A DNA stretch of 64,000 bases from an uncultured Acidobacteriota bacterium (GCA_963710945.1 CAVQCH010000002.1:324843-388842); one strand, 5' to 3'; shown: positions 37,403-47,657, counted from the stretch's first letter. Notes: generated by a model from the letters alone, not told the origin. Made by a program: numbers and translations.

Positions 37403-37479
37403 TGGTGGCGGTGCAGGGATTTGAACCCCGGACCTAGCGGATATGAGCCGCGTGCTCTGACCAGCTGAGCTACACCGCC
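37403..37479 (-). tRNA. tRNA with CAT anticodon (elongator tRNA-Met, or tRNA-Ile2 if lysidinylated by TilS)
   Basis: GGCGGTGTAGCTCAGCTGGTCAGAGCACGCGGCTCATATCCGCTAGGTCCGGGGTTCAAATCCCTGCACCGCCACCA: cloverleaf with a CAT anticodon loop and CCA end; lacks initiator features. Confidence 0.85.
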
Positions 37480-37530
37480 TTCGGGACGGCGGATAATAGC
37501 AAAAGAGCGGGCCCGGCCTATACTCTTCCC

Positions 37531-37749
37531 ATGCCTTCGCTGGCGGACCGATGCGGGGTCTGTGACCAGGAGCTTCCCTTCGCGCTGCCCCATTGCCCCA
37601 GCTGCAAGAAGACGGTCTGCGAGACCTGCGCGTTCCGGATGGGCGGGAGCGTCTTTTGCGGGTCGGCGTGCGCCAACGCCTTCTTCTTCGGCGGCCAGGA
37701 GGACGTCGAGGACGAATCCGATCTTCGCCTGCTCGATGACGAGGAATGA
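37531..37749 (+). CDS. small Cys-rich zinc-ribbon-like protein (72 aa)
   Basis: CGVCDQ...CPSCKKTVCETCAF...CGSAC: four CxxC-like pairs; acidic C-terminal tail; ATGA overlap with the start of the ClC gene. Confidence 0.5.
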   Translation: MPSLADRCGVCDQELPFALPHCPSCKKTVCETCAFRMGGSVFCGSACANAFFFGGQEDVEDESDLRLLDDEE

Positions 37750-39823
37750 GCACGCCTGAACCCGAGTCCCCGGCGCGGCCTTCCCGGTTCGGCCGCTTCT
37801 TCTGGCGCGACCCCAACACCCAGTTCCTCATTCTCGCGGCGGCCGCGGGCCTGCTCGGCGGCTTCGGCGCCATCGCATTCCGGTACCTGACTCACCGGCT
37901 GACGAGTCTGATCCTCGGCGCGGAAGACGTCGTGCGCGGCGCCCAGGCCCTGGCTCCCGTCTTCCGCGTGCTCGCGCCCGCGGCCGGCGGCCTCGTCGGG
38001 GGCCTGATCGCCTTCTTCTTCTTCGGGGAGCGGGGGCCGAGCGGGATCTCGCACATGATCGAGGTGGTCTCGCTCGGCCGGCGGACCGTGCGCCTTCGGC
38101 CCTCGCTCGCCCGCGGCGCCTCGTCGGTCGCGGTGATCTCCTGCGGGCGGGTCCGAGGGGCGGGAGGGCCCGATCATCCAGATCGGCGCGGCCTTCGCGT
38201 CGGCGCTCGCGCGGCGCTGGAAGGTGTCGCCCGAGCGCGTGCGCATCCTCACGGCGTGCGGCATGGCGGCCGGCGTCGCCGGCGCGTACAACACGCCGAT
38301 CGCGGCGACGCTCTTCGTGCTCGAGGTGGTCGTCGGCTCGTTCTCGATGGCGCTCTTCGGCCCCGCCGTCGTCTCGGCCGTCGTGTCGACGGTGTCGTGC
38401 GGGCGGTCCTCGGCGACGAGCCGGTGTACCAGGTGGCGCCGTTCCGGCCCGAATCGCTCTACGAGTTCTTTCCCTTCGCGGCGATCGGCCTGCTCGGCGG
38501 CGTCGGCTCGGCGTTTTTCGTGCGCGCTCTGTCGCGCGGCCAAGAAGATCTTCGCCGCGACGCGCCTGCCCGATCTGGGTCACGATGACGATCGGGGGAG
38601 CCGTCGTCGGCGCCATCGGCATCGGGTTGCCCCAGGTGTTCGGCAACGGCTTCGAGGCCACGAACGAGCTCCTGCACGGCAACCCGACGATCGTGTTCCT
38701 CGCTCGTCCTGCTCGTCGGGCAAGACGGTCGCGACCGCCTCGACGATCGGCTCGGGCGGCGTCGGCGGCGTCTTCACGCCGAGCTTCCTGATCGGGCGCG
38801 ACGCTCGGGGGCGTCGTGGCGAAGGTGGTCCAGGCCGCCGCGCCCCACCTCGCCGCCCCGGTCGGCGGCTACGCGCTGCTCGGCATGGGGGGAATGATGG
38901 CCGGCGTCACGCGGGCGCCGCTGCTCGCGGTGATCATGATCTTCGAGCTGACGCAGAACACGGCGGTGCTGCTGCCGATGATGATGGTCTCGGTGCTGGC
39001 GGTCGCCGCGGCGAAGGTCTTCCAGAAGGATTCGATCTACATCGAAAGCCTGCGCTCAGCCGGCATCGTCTGGGAAAAGACGGCCGAGGCGACGGCGCTG
39101 GCGAGCCTCAAGGTGGCCGACATCATGCGCCGCGACGTCGCGCTCATCCCGCGCACGACCACGCTGCCGGAGATCGTCGCGGCCTTCCTGCGCTCGCGCA
39201 GTCTCTTTCTCTACGTCGGCGACGAGCAGGGGCGCCTCGAGGGCGTCGTGGACATCCACAACATCAAGGAGTCGTTTCCGGAAAAGGACCTCTCGCCGCT
39301 GGTCATCGCCGCGGACCTGCTGACCGAGATCCCGTTCGCGACTCCGGAAGAGCCGTTGACCTCGGTCAACGAGAAGCTCTGGTTCCGCGACGCCGGACAG
39401 CTCCCGGTCGTCGACGGGCCCGAGACCCGCCGGTTCCTCGGGGTGGTCACGCAGCGGGACCTGCTCGGCGCCTTCGACAGCGAGGTGCTGCGCCGCAGCC
39501 GCCTGTTCGCGCGAGTGCGGACGGTCGGGGAGGCGGGCGGCGAAGTGGACTACCTGGAGCTGCCCGAGAAGCACCGGCTCATCGAGGTGGACGTCCCCGT
39601 CTCCGTCGAAGGCCGCACGATGGCCGAGGCGGCGCTGCGCTCCCGCTTCGGCGTCTCGGTGCTCGCCGTGAAGCGGATGATGGAGGACGGCTTCGAGAGG
39701 CGGTTCGTCCCGGAGCCCTCCGACCGCTTCCGCCACGGGGACGTCCTCGTGGTGCTCGGCAGCGAGGACGCGATCGAGCGGCTCCGGGACGCGGCGCACG
39801 CGCCCCTGCTCGCAGGGCGCTAG
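37746..39823 (+). pseudogene. ClC-family chloride channel/transporter with two C-terminal CBS domains. The TM core is broken by about six single-base indels (near 38140, 38395, 38540, 38575, 38700, 38797); the CBS part (38816-39823) is intact
   Basis: ClC motifs GSEGREGP..., GKTVATASTIGSGGVGGVFTPSFLIG..., GYALLGMGGMMAGVTRAPLLAVIMIFELTQN recovered only by joining frames 0, 1 and 2; the CBS pair is in the 38816-39823 ORF. Confidence 0.7.
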
Positions 39824-39906
39824 AAGGCCCGGGCCGAGCGCGGCAAAGGCCCTGCCATCAAGGCGATCCCGGCGGTCTCCGCGGCGGTGCTATCCTGATC
39901 CCGAGT

Positions 39907-41253
39907 TTGGACAAGGACCGTCAGGCCGCGCTGGCCAAGGAAAAGCAAAGCGAACTTGTCGCCCTCCGCGGCAAGTGGTTCAAGGAGCGCACGCGCCTCT
40001 ACGACCGGGAAACGGGTCTGCCCACCGTTGCCGTGCTCGTGGACGATCTCAAGAAGCAGCTCGAAGAGCGCGGGAGCATCTCGGTCCTCGTCTTCCGTCC
40101 GAGCTCGGAAGGCAACGTCGAGGGCGTGTGGGGCTGGGAGGCGTACGACGACCTGCTCCTCGACTTCGTGCGGCGCCTGAAGGCCTTCCAGACCGACGGC
40201 ATCGTCCCGAGCGGCACGCTGTGCCTGCCGTACGTCCGGTCCGACGAGATCATCCTGCTCGTGAGCCCCGACGGGGGAGGGATGGTCGACGGGCCGACGG
40301 CGCTCGGCCAGAAGGCGGCGGAGCTCGACCAGCTCATCCGCGGGTACCTCGCCGAGCGCGCCGACGTCTCGGCGCGGTTCCGCTCGTTCGTCGGCGCGTC
40401 CCGGATCCTGAAGGACCCGAAGCTGCGCGTCGAGCGGCTCGTCTACCGCGGCATCCAGGAGGCGCGCGACCAGGTCACGCGCCAGACGGTCCGCGCCGAG
40501 ATCCGGGGCGGGGAGCTGCTGCAGGACGTCATCTCGCGCCGCGACATCCGCCCGGTCTTCCAGCCGGTCTTCGACCTCGCGACCGGAAACATGATCGGCA
40601 TGGAGGCCCTCTCGCGCGGACCGCGCGGCAGCGAATTCGAGAGCGGCGAGACGCTCTTCTCGCTCGCCGACCGCACCGAGCTGCTCGTGCCGCTCGAGCG
40701 GGTCTGCCGCCAGCGGTCCCTCGAGGCCGCGGCGGAGGCCAACCCCCGCCGCCAGATCTTCTTGAACCTCTCGCCGGCCGCGGCTTCGGACCCAGAGTTC
40801 CTCGGCCCGGTCTTTCGCGACCAGGTGCGGGCGCTCGGGCTCGAGCCCGACCGCATCGTCCTCGAGATCACGGAGCGCACGTACGCGGTGTACGAGGGCC
40901 TCTTCCGCGAGGTCCTCTCCAAGTTCCGCTCGCAGAACTTCCGCATCGCCGTGGACGACGTCGGCACCGGCTACTCGAACCTGTCGTCCCTCGCCGACAT
41001 CGAGCCCGACTACCTGAAGTTCGACAACGTCTTCGTGCGCGGCATCGACCGCCGGCAGGTCAAGCAGGACCTGCTCGAAGCGCTCATGAGCTTCGCGCGC
41101 AAAATGCACACCAAGGTCATTGCCGAAGGCATCGAGACCCGGGAAGAGCTGCGCGTCCTTCAGTCGTTGGGCGTTCCGTACGGGCAGGGTTTCCTGCTGG
41201 CGCGCCCTATGCCCGTCAACGAGATCGAGCGCTTCGCCTCCATCGCGATTTAG
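39907..41253 (+). CDS. degenerate-GGDEF + EAL domain protein (c-di-GMP phosphodiesterase-type)
   Basis: EAL signature ...GMEALSRGPRG..., ...DDVGTGYSNLSSL..., ...KVIAEGIETREEL...QGFLLARPMP; the N-terminal domain has RSDEIILLV in place of RxGGDEF; start assigned to a TTG (uncertain). Confidence 0.7.
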   Translation: MDKDRQAALAKEKQSELVALRGKWFKERTRLYDRETGLPTVAVLVDDLKKQLEERGSISVLVFRPSSEGNVEGVWGWEAYDDLLLDFVRRLKAFQTDGIVPSGTLCLPYVRSDEIILLVSPDGGGMVDGPTALGQKAAELDQLIRGYLAERADVSARFRSFVGASRILKDPKLRVERLVYRGIQEARDQVTRQTVRAEIRGGELLQDVISRRDIRPVFQPVFDLATGNMIGMEALSRGPRGSEFESGETLFSLADRTELLVPLERVCRQRSLEAAAEANPRRQIFLNLSPAAASDPEFLGPVFRDQVRALGLEPDRIVLEITERTYAVYEGLFREVLSKFRSQNFRIAVDDVGTGYSNLSSLADIEPDYLKFDNVFVRGIDRRQVKQDLLEALMSFARKMHTKVIAEGIETREELRVLQSLGVPYGQGFLLARPMPVNEIERFASIAI

Positions 41254-41392
41254 CGAGGCGCCGCCACGGCTGTCGCCGCGAGGGGGCAGGCAGGATGTCC
41301 GCGGATCCTCCGGCCGTTCACGCCCGGTTCATCTCACCGGGACTAGCGTCGTGACTGGCGCGATGGTGCGCCGCATTCACTGGAGTGGGGTC

Positions 41393-41695
41393 ATGAAGAA
41401 AGCACTGGCTCTCGGGATGGTGCTCGTGTTCTGCGCCGCCGTCGGGCTCGCGCACGGCAAGGCGACGGAGGCCACGATCACGAAGGTCGACATGGCCGGC
41501 AAGTCGATGGTCGTCAAGACCGCCGACGGCAAGGAGATGACGATCTACTGGAACGACGCGACGAAGGTCGAGGGGACGCCAAGGAAGGCGAGATGGTCCA
41601 CGTCAAGACGTCCGAGAAGGACGGCAAGACCTGGGCGAGCTGGGTCCACGTCGGGAAGATGGCGCCGAAGTCCTCGGCGCAGCCCAAGTCCTAGT
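41393..41695 (+). CDS. small periplasmic hypothetical protein (one frameshift near 41580)
   Basis: GGAGTGGGG Shine-Dalgarno, signal peptide MKKALALGMVLVFCAAVGLAHG; C-terminal ...KEGEMVHVKTSEKDGKTWASWVHVGKMAPK in the +1 frame. Confidence 0.45.
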
Positions 41696-41796
41696 CGGCG
41701 ATCGGTTTTTCGTTCCGGAGCGGCGGGGTGCAAGCCCCGCCGCTTTTCTTGTTCGCGGCCGTCGGCGCGGCACGATTCCTGCTTTGAAAGAGGTCG

Positions 41797-42232
41797 ATGC
41801 CAGGCAGTGGGCGGGCTCTTGCGGCGGCGATCCTCGGGGCTTCGGCACTGGTGGCAATGCTCGCGGCCCGAACCGCGCCGGCGCCGCCCGAGCCCGATTC
41901 CGCCGCGATCGAGCGCGGCCGCTACATCACGCACGATCTCGCCATGTGCGTCCAATGCCACTCGCCGCGCGACGAGAAAGGGAGAGATCCGCAGGTCCCG
42001 GGAATTCTCCGGCGCGCCGATCCCCGTCCAGTCTCCCTTTCCCGGCCCGCCGTGGGCCGTGCGCGCGCCGAACATCCGCGGACTCGAGGGCTTCTCGGAC
42101 GAGACGATCCTGCACTTCCTTCAAACCGGGATCGCGCACACGGGGGTTCCACCGCAGTCCCCGATGCCACCGTTTCGCATGACGCCCGAGGATGCCCGCG
42201 CCGTCGTCGCCTATCTCCGGTCGCTCCGGTAG
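41797..42232 (+). CDS. mono-heme c-type cytochrome (one frameshift near 41985)
   Basis: Signal peptide, heme-binding CVQCHS; the conserved C-terminus ...TILHFLQTGIAHTGVPPQSPMPPFRMTPEDARAVVAYLRSL is in another frame. Confidence 0.6.
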
Positions 42233-42297
42233 GCTGCCCCCCGGCGTCCCGTCCTTCCCGCAGGAGACGTAAGATCTTCGACGCGGACGTCGCGCCC

Positions 42298-42372
42298 GGG
42301 AGGTTAGCTCAGCGGTAGAGCGCCTGCTTTACACGCAGGTGGTCGGGGGTTCGATCCCCTCACCTCCCACCA
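42298..42372 (+). tRNA. tRNA-Val (TAC)
   Basis: GGGAGGTTAGCTCAGCGGTAGAGCGCCTGCTTTACACGCAGGTGGTCGGGGGTTCGATCCCCTCACCTCCCACCA; anticodon loop TTTACAC. Confidence 0.9.
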
Positions 42373-42389
42373 ATCCTCACGCAGGCATA

Positions 42390-42935
42390 ATGCATCCCAT
42401 GATCCTGCCTGCCTACAAGCCCCGAAAGAAGTTCATGGAGCTGGCCATCTCGGAGGCCAAGCGCGCGCGCGACCGGGGCGACTATCCCATCGGTGCGGTG
42501 ATCACGCGGGTGATGAGCGGTCGCGAGGTCGTCATTGCGAGCGCGGGCAACCGGGTGAAGACCTCGGGATCGAGCATCAAGCACGTCGAGCTGGAAACGC
42601 TCAAGTACGTGTCGAGCGGCTACGGCCGGTACCTTCCCGACTTCGTCCTCTACTCCACGCACGAACCCTGCGCCATGTGCGCCGGCGCCTGCGTGTGGTC
42701 CCGGATCGGCGCGGTGGTCTACGGCGTTTCGCAGGAAGACATCGCCGCCTGGGGCCGCAAGCGCGGGACCGAAGACTACAAGTGGCGGGCCTGCCTCATC
42801 TCCTGCCGGTACGTCTTCGAGAAGGGCAATCACGCCATCCCGGTCACGGGCGGCTTTCTCCGCCAGGAATGCCAGAAGCTGTTCCGCTACGGGGCTGTTC
42901 GGACTCGGACCGACCCGAGCGGGCCTCGCGCCTGA
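42390..42935 (+). CDS. nucleoside/nucleotide deaminase of the cytidine/dCMP deaminase zinc-binding family (TadA/guanine-deaminase-like)
   Basis: Zinc motifs HVELE...STHEPCAMCAGAC. Confidence 0.75.
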   Translation: MHPMILPAYKPRKKFMELAISEAKRARDRGDYPIGAVITRVMSGREVVIASAGNRVKTSGSSIKHVELETLKYVSSGYGRYLPDFVLYSTHEPCAMCAGACVWSRIGAVVYGVSQEDIAAWGRKRGTEDYKWRACLISCRYVFEKGNHAIPVTGGFLRQECQKLFRYGAVRTRTDPSGPRA

Positions 42936-42955
42936 GGCTCCGGCAGGAGACACCG

Positions 42956-43847
42956 ATGCGCCGTCGCAGGCTTCTTGGAATCGCGACCGGGATCTTCCTG
43001 GCCGTCGGGAGCGCATCGGCGCAGACGGCGCCGCAGCCGGTGGTGCACGGCGGCGCGCCGTCGGTCTCGCCGGACGGCACGAAGATCGCGTTTCTGTCGG
43101 AGCGCGACGGCGCGACCGACGTATACGTCATCGGGGCGGACGGCACGGGAGAAACGCGCCTGACGCACGCGCCCGAGGTCGAGGGCCAGCCCGGCTGGTC
43201 GGCCGACGGCAAGGAGATCTGGTTCTCGGTCTTCGCCAACGATGCGAGCCGCATCTACGCGATCGGCCTGGACGGCAAGAATCAGAAGCTGCTGGGCACC
43301 GTTCCGGGTCGCGCGATGAGGGTGTCTCCCGACGGGACGAGGATCCTTTACTGGACCGGTTCGTGGACGGCCATGCGCATGTTCGTCTCGAGCCTGGACG
43401 GCTCCGGCGCCCGACAGCTCACCGACGGGAGCGGCGTGGTGTGGGGCGCGCGGTGGTCTCCGGACGGGAAGCGAATCGCTTTCGCCGACAAGGACGCGAA
43501 GGGCGACTTGCACGTCTTCGTGATCGAGGCCGACGGGTCGGGCCGCCGGCAGGCGACGCGGCTCGAGGCCTCGGACCTGCGCGAGCAGATGCCCGCGTGG
43601 TCGCCGGACGGCGCGAAGCTCGCCGTGCAGGCGGCAAGGGCAAAGGAGCCCGCGCACATCTGGATCGTGGACCTGTCGACCGGAGCCGGGCCGCAAGCTC
43701 GCCGCGCACGCCGAGCCCTACGACGACGAGGTTCCCGCCTGGTTCCCCGACGGCAAGCGCATCGCCTTCCAGAGCGACCGGACCGGCCGCTGGGAAATCT
43801 GGGTGATGAACGCCGACGGCTCGGGACAGCGCCAGGTTACGAAGTAG
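42956..43847 (+). CDS. periplasmic WD40-like (PD40/TolB-type) beta-propeller repeat protein (one +1 frameshift near 43690)
   Basis: Signal peptide; repeated ...SPDGTKIAF.., ...SADGKEIWF.., ...SPDGKRIAF.., ...SPDGAKLAV... blades; the last blade ...FPDGKRIAFQSDRTGRWEIWVMNADGSGQRQVTK is in a shifted frame. Confidence 0.7.
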
Positions 43848-43865
43848 CGGCAGTCCGGCCGGCCG

Positions 43866-45120
43866 TCAGAGGTAGCGCAGCCACGGCTCGCTTCGCCGCC
43901 GCTTGAGCTCGCCCATCCAGCGGCACGGCACGTAGAGGATCGCCACCACAGCGAGCGTGACGAAGTACAGCAGGGGAAGGCTCCACGCGTACCCTTCGGG
44001 CGGCGGCGGGTTGCCCATCGGGTGGTTCGCGAAGAGCCAGGCGTTCACCCGCCCTTCGCGCACGAGCGAGACCGCGATCGCCGCCAGATGGATGAGCGGG
44101 ATGTGCAGGACGTAGAAGAAGAACGGGACGCGACCGAAAACCATCAGGGCACTGGCCAGACGGCCGTGCGCCGTCTCGAGCAGCGGAATCGACGCGATCA
44201 TCGGGCCGAGCGTCATGAGCAGGAAAAGCAGCGACGCGGGGTACTTGTTCGTGTTCAGGAATCGCAGGAGCGCGGGCATCGGCGGCCCGGCGGTCCCGGC
44301 GCTGGCGTCAGCGCCGCCATCGGGCGGCGGGTTCCACTTGCCGGGATCCCCGTATAGATCGAAGCCGCGGAGCGCGAGAAAGAGGGCGATCGCACCGCCG
44401 CCGATCGCGAGACACCAGCGGCGCCGTCGCGCGGTGTCCATGCGCATGATCGGGCCGAAGGCGTATCCCACCGCCATCACGCCGATCCAGGGGATGAGCG
44501 AATAGAGCACGGTAAGCCGCATGCCGAACACGTCGATGGGCCCGCTGGCGAAGCCGAAGTACAGGATCTTCCAGAGCCCGGCCAGGCTGCGCGTCGTTCA
44601 GGGTGCCGGCGAGCTGCCAGAACCGTCCGTCCATCAGATCGTGGCCGGCGATGATCGCCACGCCCAGCGCGCCAACGGCGGCGATCGGCAGGTACACGAG
44701 GCCCGCCATGAGGATCATGCACCAGCCGATGACCCAGATCACGCCCGCCAGGGCGTAGTGCGAGTAGTCGAAGTTGAAGGTCCATCCGAAGCGGATGAAC
44801 GTCATCTCCATGAGGATGAGCCAGGCGCCCCGCACGATCAGGAAGCGGGCGAGGGGTCCGCGCCCGGCGCGGCCGCCGAGCTTGCCGCCGTAGAGGAAGA
44901 TCGCCGTGCCCGCCAGGAAGACGAAGGCGGGGGCGCAGAAGTGGGTGACCCAGCGCGTGAAGAAGACGGCCGGGGTCCGCCCGCCGGCGGCGACGCCCGA
45001 GAACACGCGAACGTGGTCGAGCGCCATCAGCACCATGACCGCCCCCCGGATGATGTCGAGCGACGGGATGCGGGCGCGATCGAGCCCGGACGAGCCGTCG
45101 GTCTGGCGAATGGGCGGCAC
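43866..45120 (-). CDS. DUF1624 / HGSNAT-like acyltransferase-family membrane protein (one frameshift near 44550)
   Basis: N-terminal motif LDIIRGAVMVLMALDHVR; the two halves (44308-45120 and 43866-44531 ORFs) are contiguous and complementary. Confidence 0.6.
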
Positions 45121-45247
45121 GGTGGCCTCCTCGGTGCCGGGATGCTACCTCTCCGCGGCCGGGCCCGTGTCAGGCATCTGATGCACCTGCATCATTTCGC
45201 CGGGCGAAATCCGCGCCATCGTGGAATGAGCGACGAGGAGGGGCGAA

Positions 45248-45637
45248 ATGCAATTGCAGGCGCGACAGGCCCGTTACGGAGAGGGGCGAATCTCAGCGAG
45301 GCTCCCCATCAGTCTGGCGGAGGTGGCGGCGCCGTCCAACGGCACGTGCCCCGACTCGGGAACGACGACCCTCTGGTTTCGCTTGCTCACGCGCGATCCG
45401 AAGCGGCTCGACGCGGTTCGGGCGGCGCGTCGGGCGATGATCCGCGAGGAGTTGACCGGCGGCCTCGAGCCGGGTGAGCCCTCCCTGGCCGAAGCGGCCT
45501 TTTCCCCATCGGGAGTGCTCTGGGAAGTGCCGATCGGCGAACTCGCGCGGTGCCGGGAGAAGCTTGCGCAGTTGATGCGCCGGGCGAACGCCATCGACGA
45601 CGAGGGCGCAGCGAGGCGGTTCCGGCTGGTCCTCTAG
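45248..45637 (+). CDS. hypothetical protein (129 aa)
   Basis: GAGGAGGGG Shine-Dalgarno 6 nt before the ATG; no recognisable domain. Confidence 0.4.
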   Translation: MQLQARQARYGEGRISARLPISLAEVAAPSNGTCPDSGTTTLWFRLLTRDPKRLDAVRAARRAMIREELTGGLEPGEPSLAEAAFSPSGVLWEVPIGELARCREKLAQLMRRANAIDDEGAARRFRLVL

Positions 45638-45640
45638 CGG

Positions 45641-46045
45641 CTAGGGGTTGCCGCCCGTGGCGCCCGGCGGGAGCAGGACGAGGGGCGGCAGGTTCACCAC
45701 CGCCCCGCCGATCACCGTCGCCTTCAGCGGTTTCGGCGCGGTGAACCCGGCGAACGTCGTGACCACCTGGTACTCGCCGGCGGGCACGTCCTGGATGCTG
45801 AAGGCGCCGTCCAGCCCCGTCAGGACCGTCTGCACGAGCTTTCCGTCCGGCGCACGCAGCGAGACGGTGATTCCCGGAAGGGCGTTGCCTGCATTGTCCA
45901 CGGCCGTGCCGCGCAGCGTTCCCTTCTGCACGGGAGCGCTGCTCGCGCACGCGGCAGACAGGCACGACGCGAGAAGCAGGACGAGCCACGGCGCCCGGAT
46001 CGGGTGACGCCGCCGCAGCGGGCGAGAACAGCGAGCGCGCTTCAT
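45641..46045 (-). CDS. carboxypeptidase-regulatory-like (CarbopepD_reg) domain lipoprotein
   Basis: Signal/lipobox ...LLLASCLSAAC; ...LRGTAVDNAGNALPGITVSLRAPDGKLVQTVLTGLDGAFSIQDVPAGEYQVVTTFAGF. Confidence 0.65.
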   Translation of the reverse strand: MKRARCSRPLRRRHPIRAPWLVLLLASCLSAACASSAPVQKGTLRGTAVDNAGNALPGITVSLRAPDGKLVQTVLTGLDGAFSIQDVPAGEYQVVTTFAGFTAPKPLKATVIGGAVVNLPPLVLLPPGATGGNP

Positions 46046-46082
46046 CGCTCGGGAAAGTATACGCGGCCCCTCGCGCCGGGAG

Positions 46083-46715
46083 CTACTTCGCGGCGTCGAT
46101 GCTCGGCGTGTAGGTCCATGTCCAGCCGTCCTTCTTGTGGACGAGGGATTTCTTGTCCTTCGAGACGCGCAGGTCGTCCGAATCCGGCAGCGGCATTCCC
46201 ATCATCACGGGTGACACCACCACCAGGTCTTCCACGCGGGTCTTGCGGCTCGCGGGCACGGCCTTGCGGCTGGCGGTGCAGGACTGCGCGACCTCCACGA
46301 CGGGATAGACCGTCTGCACCTGAAGCGCGAGCGCGCCGCCCGGCCCCTCCTTGATCCCGAGAAGCTCGTAGTGTTCGTACTCGCCCTTGAGGACCGGCGG
46401 CAGACAGGAGGGCTCCCTGTCCTGGAGGTTCTTGACCTCCGACTTCGTGTTCTGGAACGTGGGCGTTCCCACCAGCTTTGCTTCGGAAAGCTTCCACTTC
46501 AGGTCGATGACGACCCGGTCCGTCACGTCGGCGCGTCCCGACCCGTCGCTCGCGACGGAAGGCTTGCCCTCGTAGACGCCGACGATGTGGTAGCGAATGA
46601 CATCGGCGCTCGCCCAGCGCATCATTACTTCCGAGTCCGGCTGCTGCCCCTTCGCGGAGGCCATGGGAAGGGCGAACAGAAGGCACAGACCGATCCCGGG
46701 CCGGCGAAACGCCAT
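46083..46715 (-). CDS. hypothetical secreted protein
   Basis: GGAGGT Shine-Dalgarno; signal peptide MAFRRPGIGLCLLFALPMASAKG. Confidence 0.5.
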   Translation of the reverse strand: MAFRRPGIGLCLLFALPMASAKGQQPDSEVMMRWASADVIRYHIVGVYEGKPSVASDGSGRADVTDRVVIDLKWKLSEAKLVGTPTFQNTKSEVKNLQDREPSCLPPVLKGEYEHYELLGIKEGPGGALALQVQTVYPVVEVAQSCTASRKAVPASRKTRVEDLVVVSPVMMGMPLPDSDDLRVSKDKKSLVHKKDGWTWTYTPSIDAAK

Positions 46716-46774
46716 TATCGACCTCCGAAAAGTTGTTGTGCTGAGACGATGCGTGCGGCTGAGCCGCTCGCAGT

Positions 46775-47185
46775 CTACCGCGCCTGCGGCTCGCGCCCCC
46801 GCCGGAGCAGCGCGTCCAGGCTCCACTCGCCGCCGCCCTTCGCGGCCATGTACAGGAAGAGGAAGCAGAAGAGCACGGCCTGCTCGCCGTGGTTCACGAT
46901 CGGCCAGAAGCCGTCCGGGGCGTGGAACTGCCAGTACGCCACGGCCATCTCGCCCGACAGGATGAACGCGACCGGCCGCGTGAAGAGTCCGAGCGCGATC
47001 AGGATGCCGCCGACGAGCTCGAGCAGGCCGCCGATGCCGGTCTGCGAGAGCAGGGGGGCGGTTGCGCCCCCCGGCATCCCGCCGAACCAGCCGAGCACGA
47101 TCATCGCGCCGGGCTGGAAGAACAGCAGGCCCGCAAAGACGCGCAGCAGGAACCAGGAGACGCGAAGCGCCAGATCGCGGTTCAT
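46775..47185 (-). CDS. DoxX-family membrane protein
   Basis: 4-TM protein VFAGLLFFQPGAMIVLGWFGG...LELVGGILIALGLFTRPVAFIL. Confidence 0.7.
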   Translation of the reverse strand: MNRDLALRVSWFLLRVFAGLLFFQPGAMIVLGWFGGMPGGATAPLLSQTGIGGLLELVGGILIALGLFTRPVAFILSGEMAVAYWQFHAPDGFWPIVNHGEQAVLFCFLFLYMAAKGGGEWSLDALLRRGREPQAR

Positions 47186-47607
47186 CGCCGGCTTCCGATC
47201 TCGCGCGCGAGATAGGCGGCGAGCTGGTCCCAGGTGCCGCCGAACCCCTGCTCCATGGACTTCGTCCCGTCCGCGAAGGTCACGGTCGTCTGGTGATTCA
47301 CCGTTTCCGTCTTCGGGTCGGGGGTGTGCCGGAAGACGATGCGCTCCGGCTTAACGACCTCGACGAAGACGATCTTGTTGTTGTAGTCGGTGCCGTCGGG
47401 GCCGTGCATGACGAGGCGCCACGCGCCGCCCGGACGGACGTTCATTTGCCGGATCGAGGTCGTGAAGCCGTTCGGGCCCCACCACCGGGCGATGTGCTTG
47501 GGATCCGCCCAGACTTCCCACACGAGCTCGCGCGGCGCGTCGAGGAGGCGGGTGTCGACGATCTCGCGGTCGAGGGTGCTCGTGGCTTCGGCGGTTTTCT
47601 CGATCAT
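47182..47607 (-). CDS. SRPBCC (AHSA1/Aha1-like) domain protein
   Basis: ...RLLDAPRELVWEVWADPKHIARWWGPNGFT... Aha1_N-like fold; ATGA overlap with the DoxX gene. Confidence 0.65.
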   Translation of the reverse strand: MIEKTAEATSTLDREIVDTRLLDAPRELVWEVWADPKHIARWWGPNGFTTSIRQMNVRPGGAWRLVMHGPDGTDYNNKIVFVEVVKPERIVFRHTPDPKTETVNHQTTVTFADGTKSMEQGFGGTWDQLAAYLAREIGSRR

Positions 47608-47657
47608 GGGTTCCTCTCTGAAATGGAGGCACAGAAGGCGACTTCATGACTACCTCC

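Noticed and set aside
37403-37479. Initiator tRNA-fMet assignment
   Set aside because: Acceptor stem starts G1 paired to C72 and the anticodon stem lacks the three consecutive G:C pairs of initiators.
37746-39823. Treating the 37746-38588, 38224-, 38585-38791 and 38816-39823 ORFs as separate genes
   Set aside because: They are consecutive pieces of one ClC+CBS protein in different frames. Each junction is explained by a single-base indel.
42232-42297. Promoter for tRNA-Val
   Set aside because: Only a weak TAAGAT -10 candidate with no acceptable -35. Not reported as a feature.
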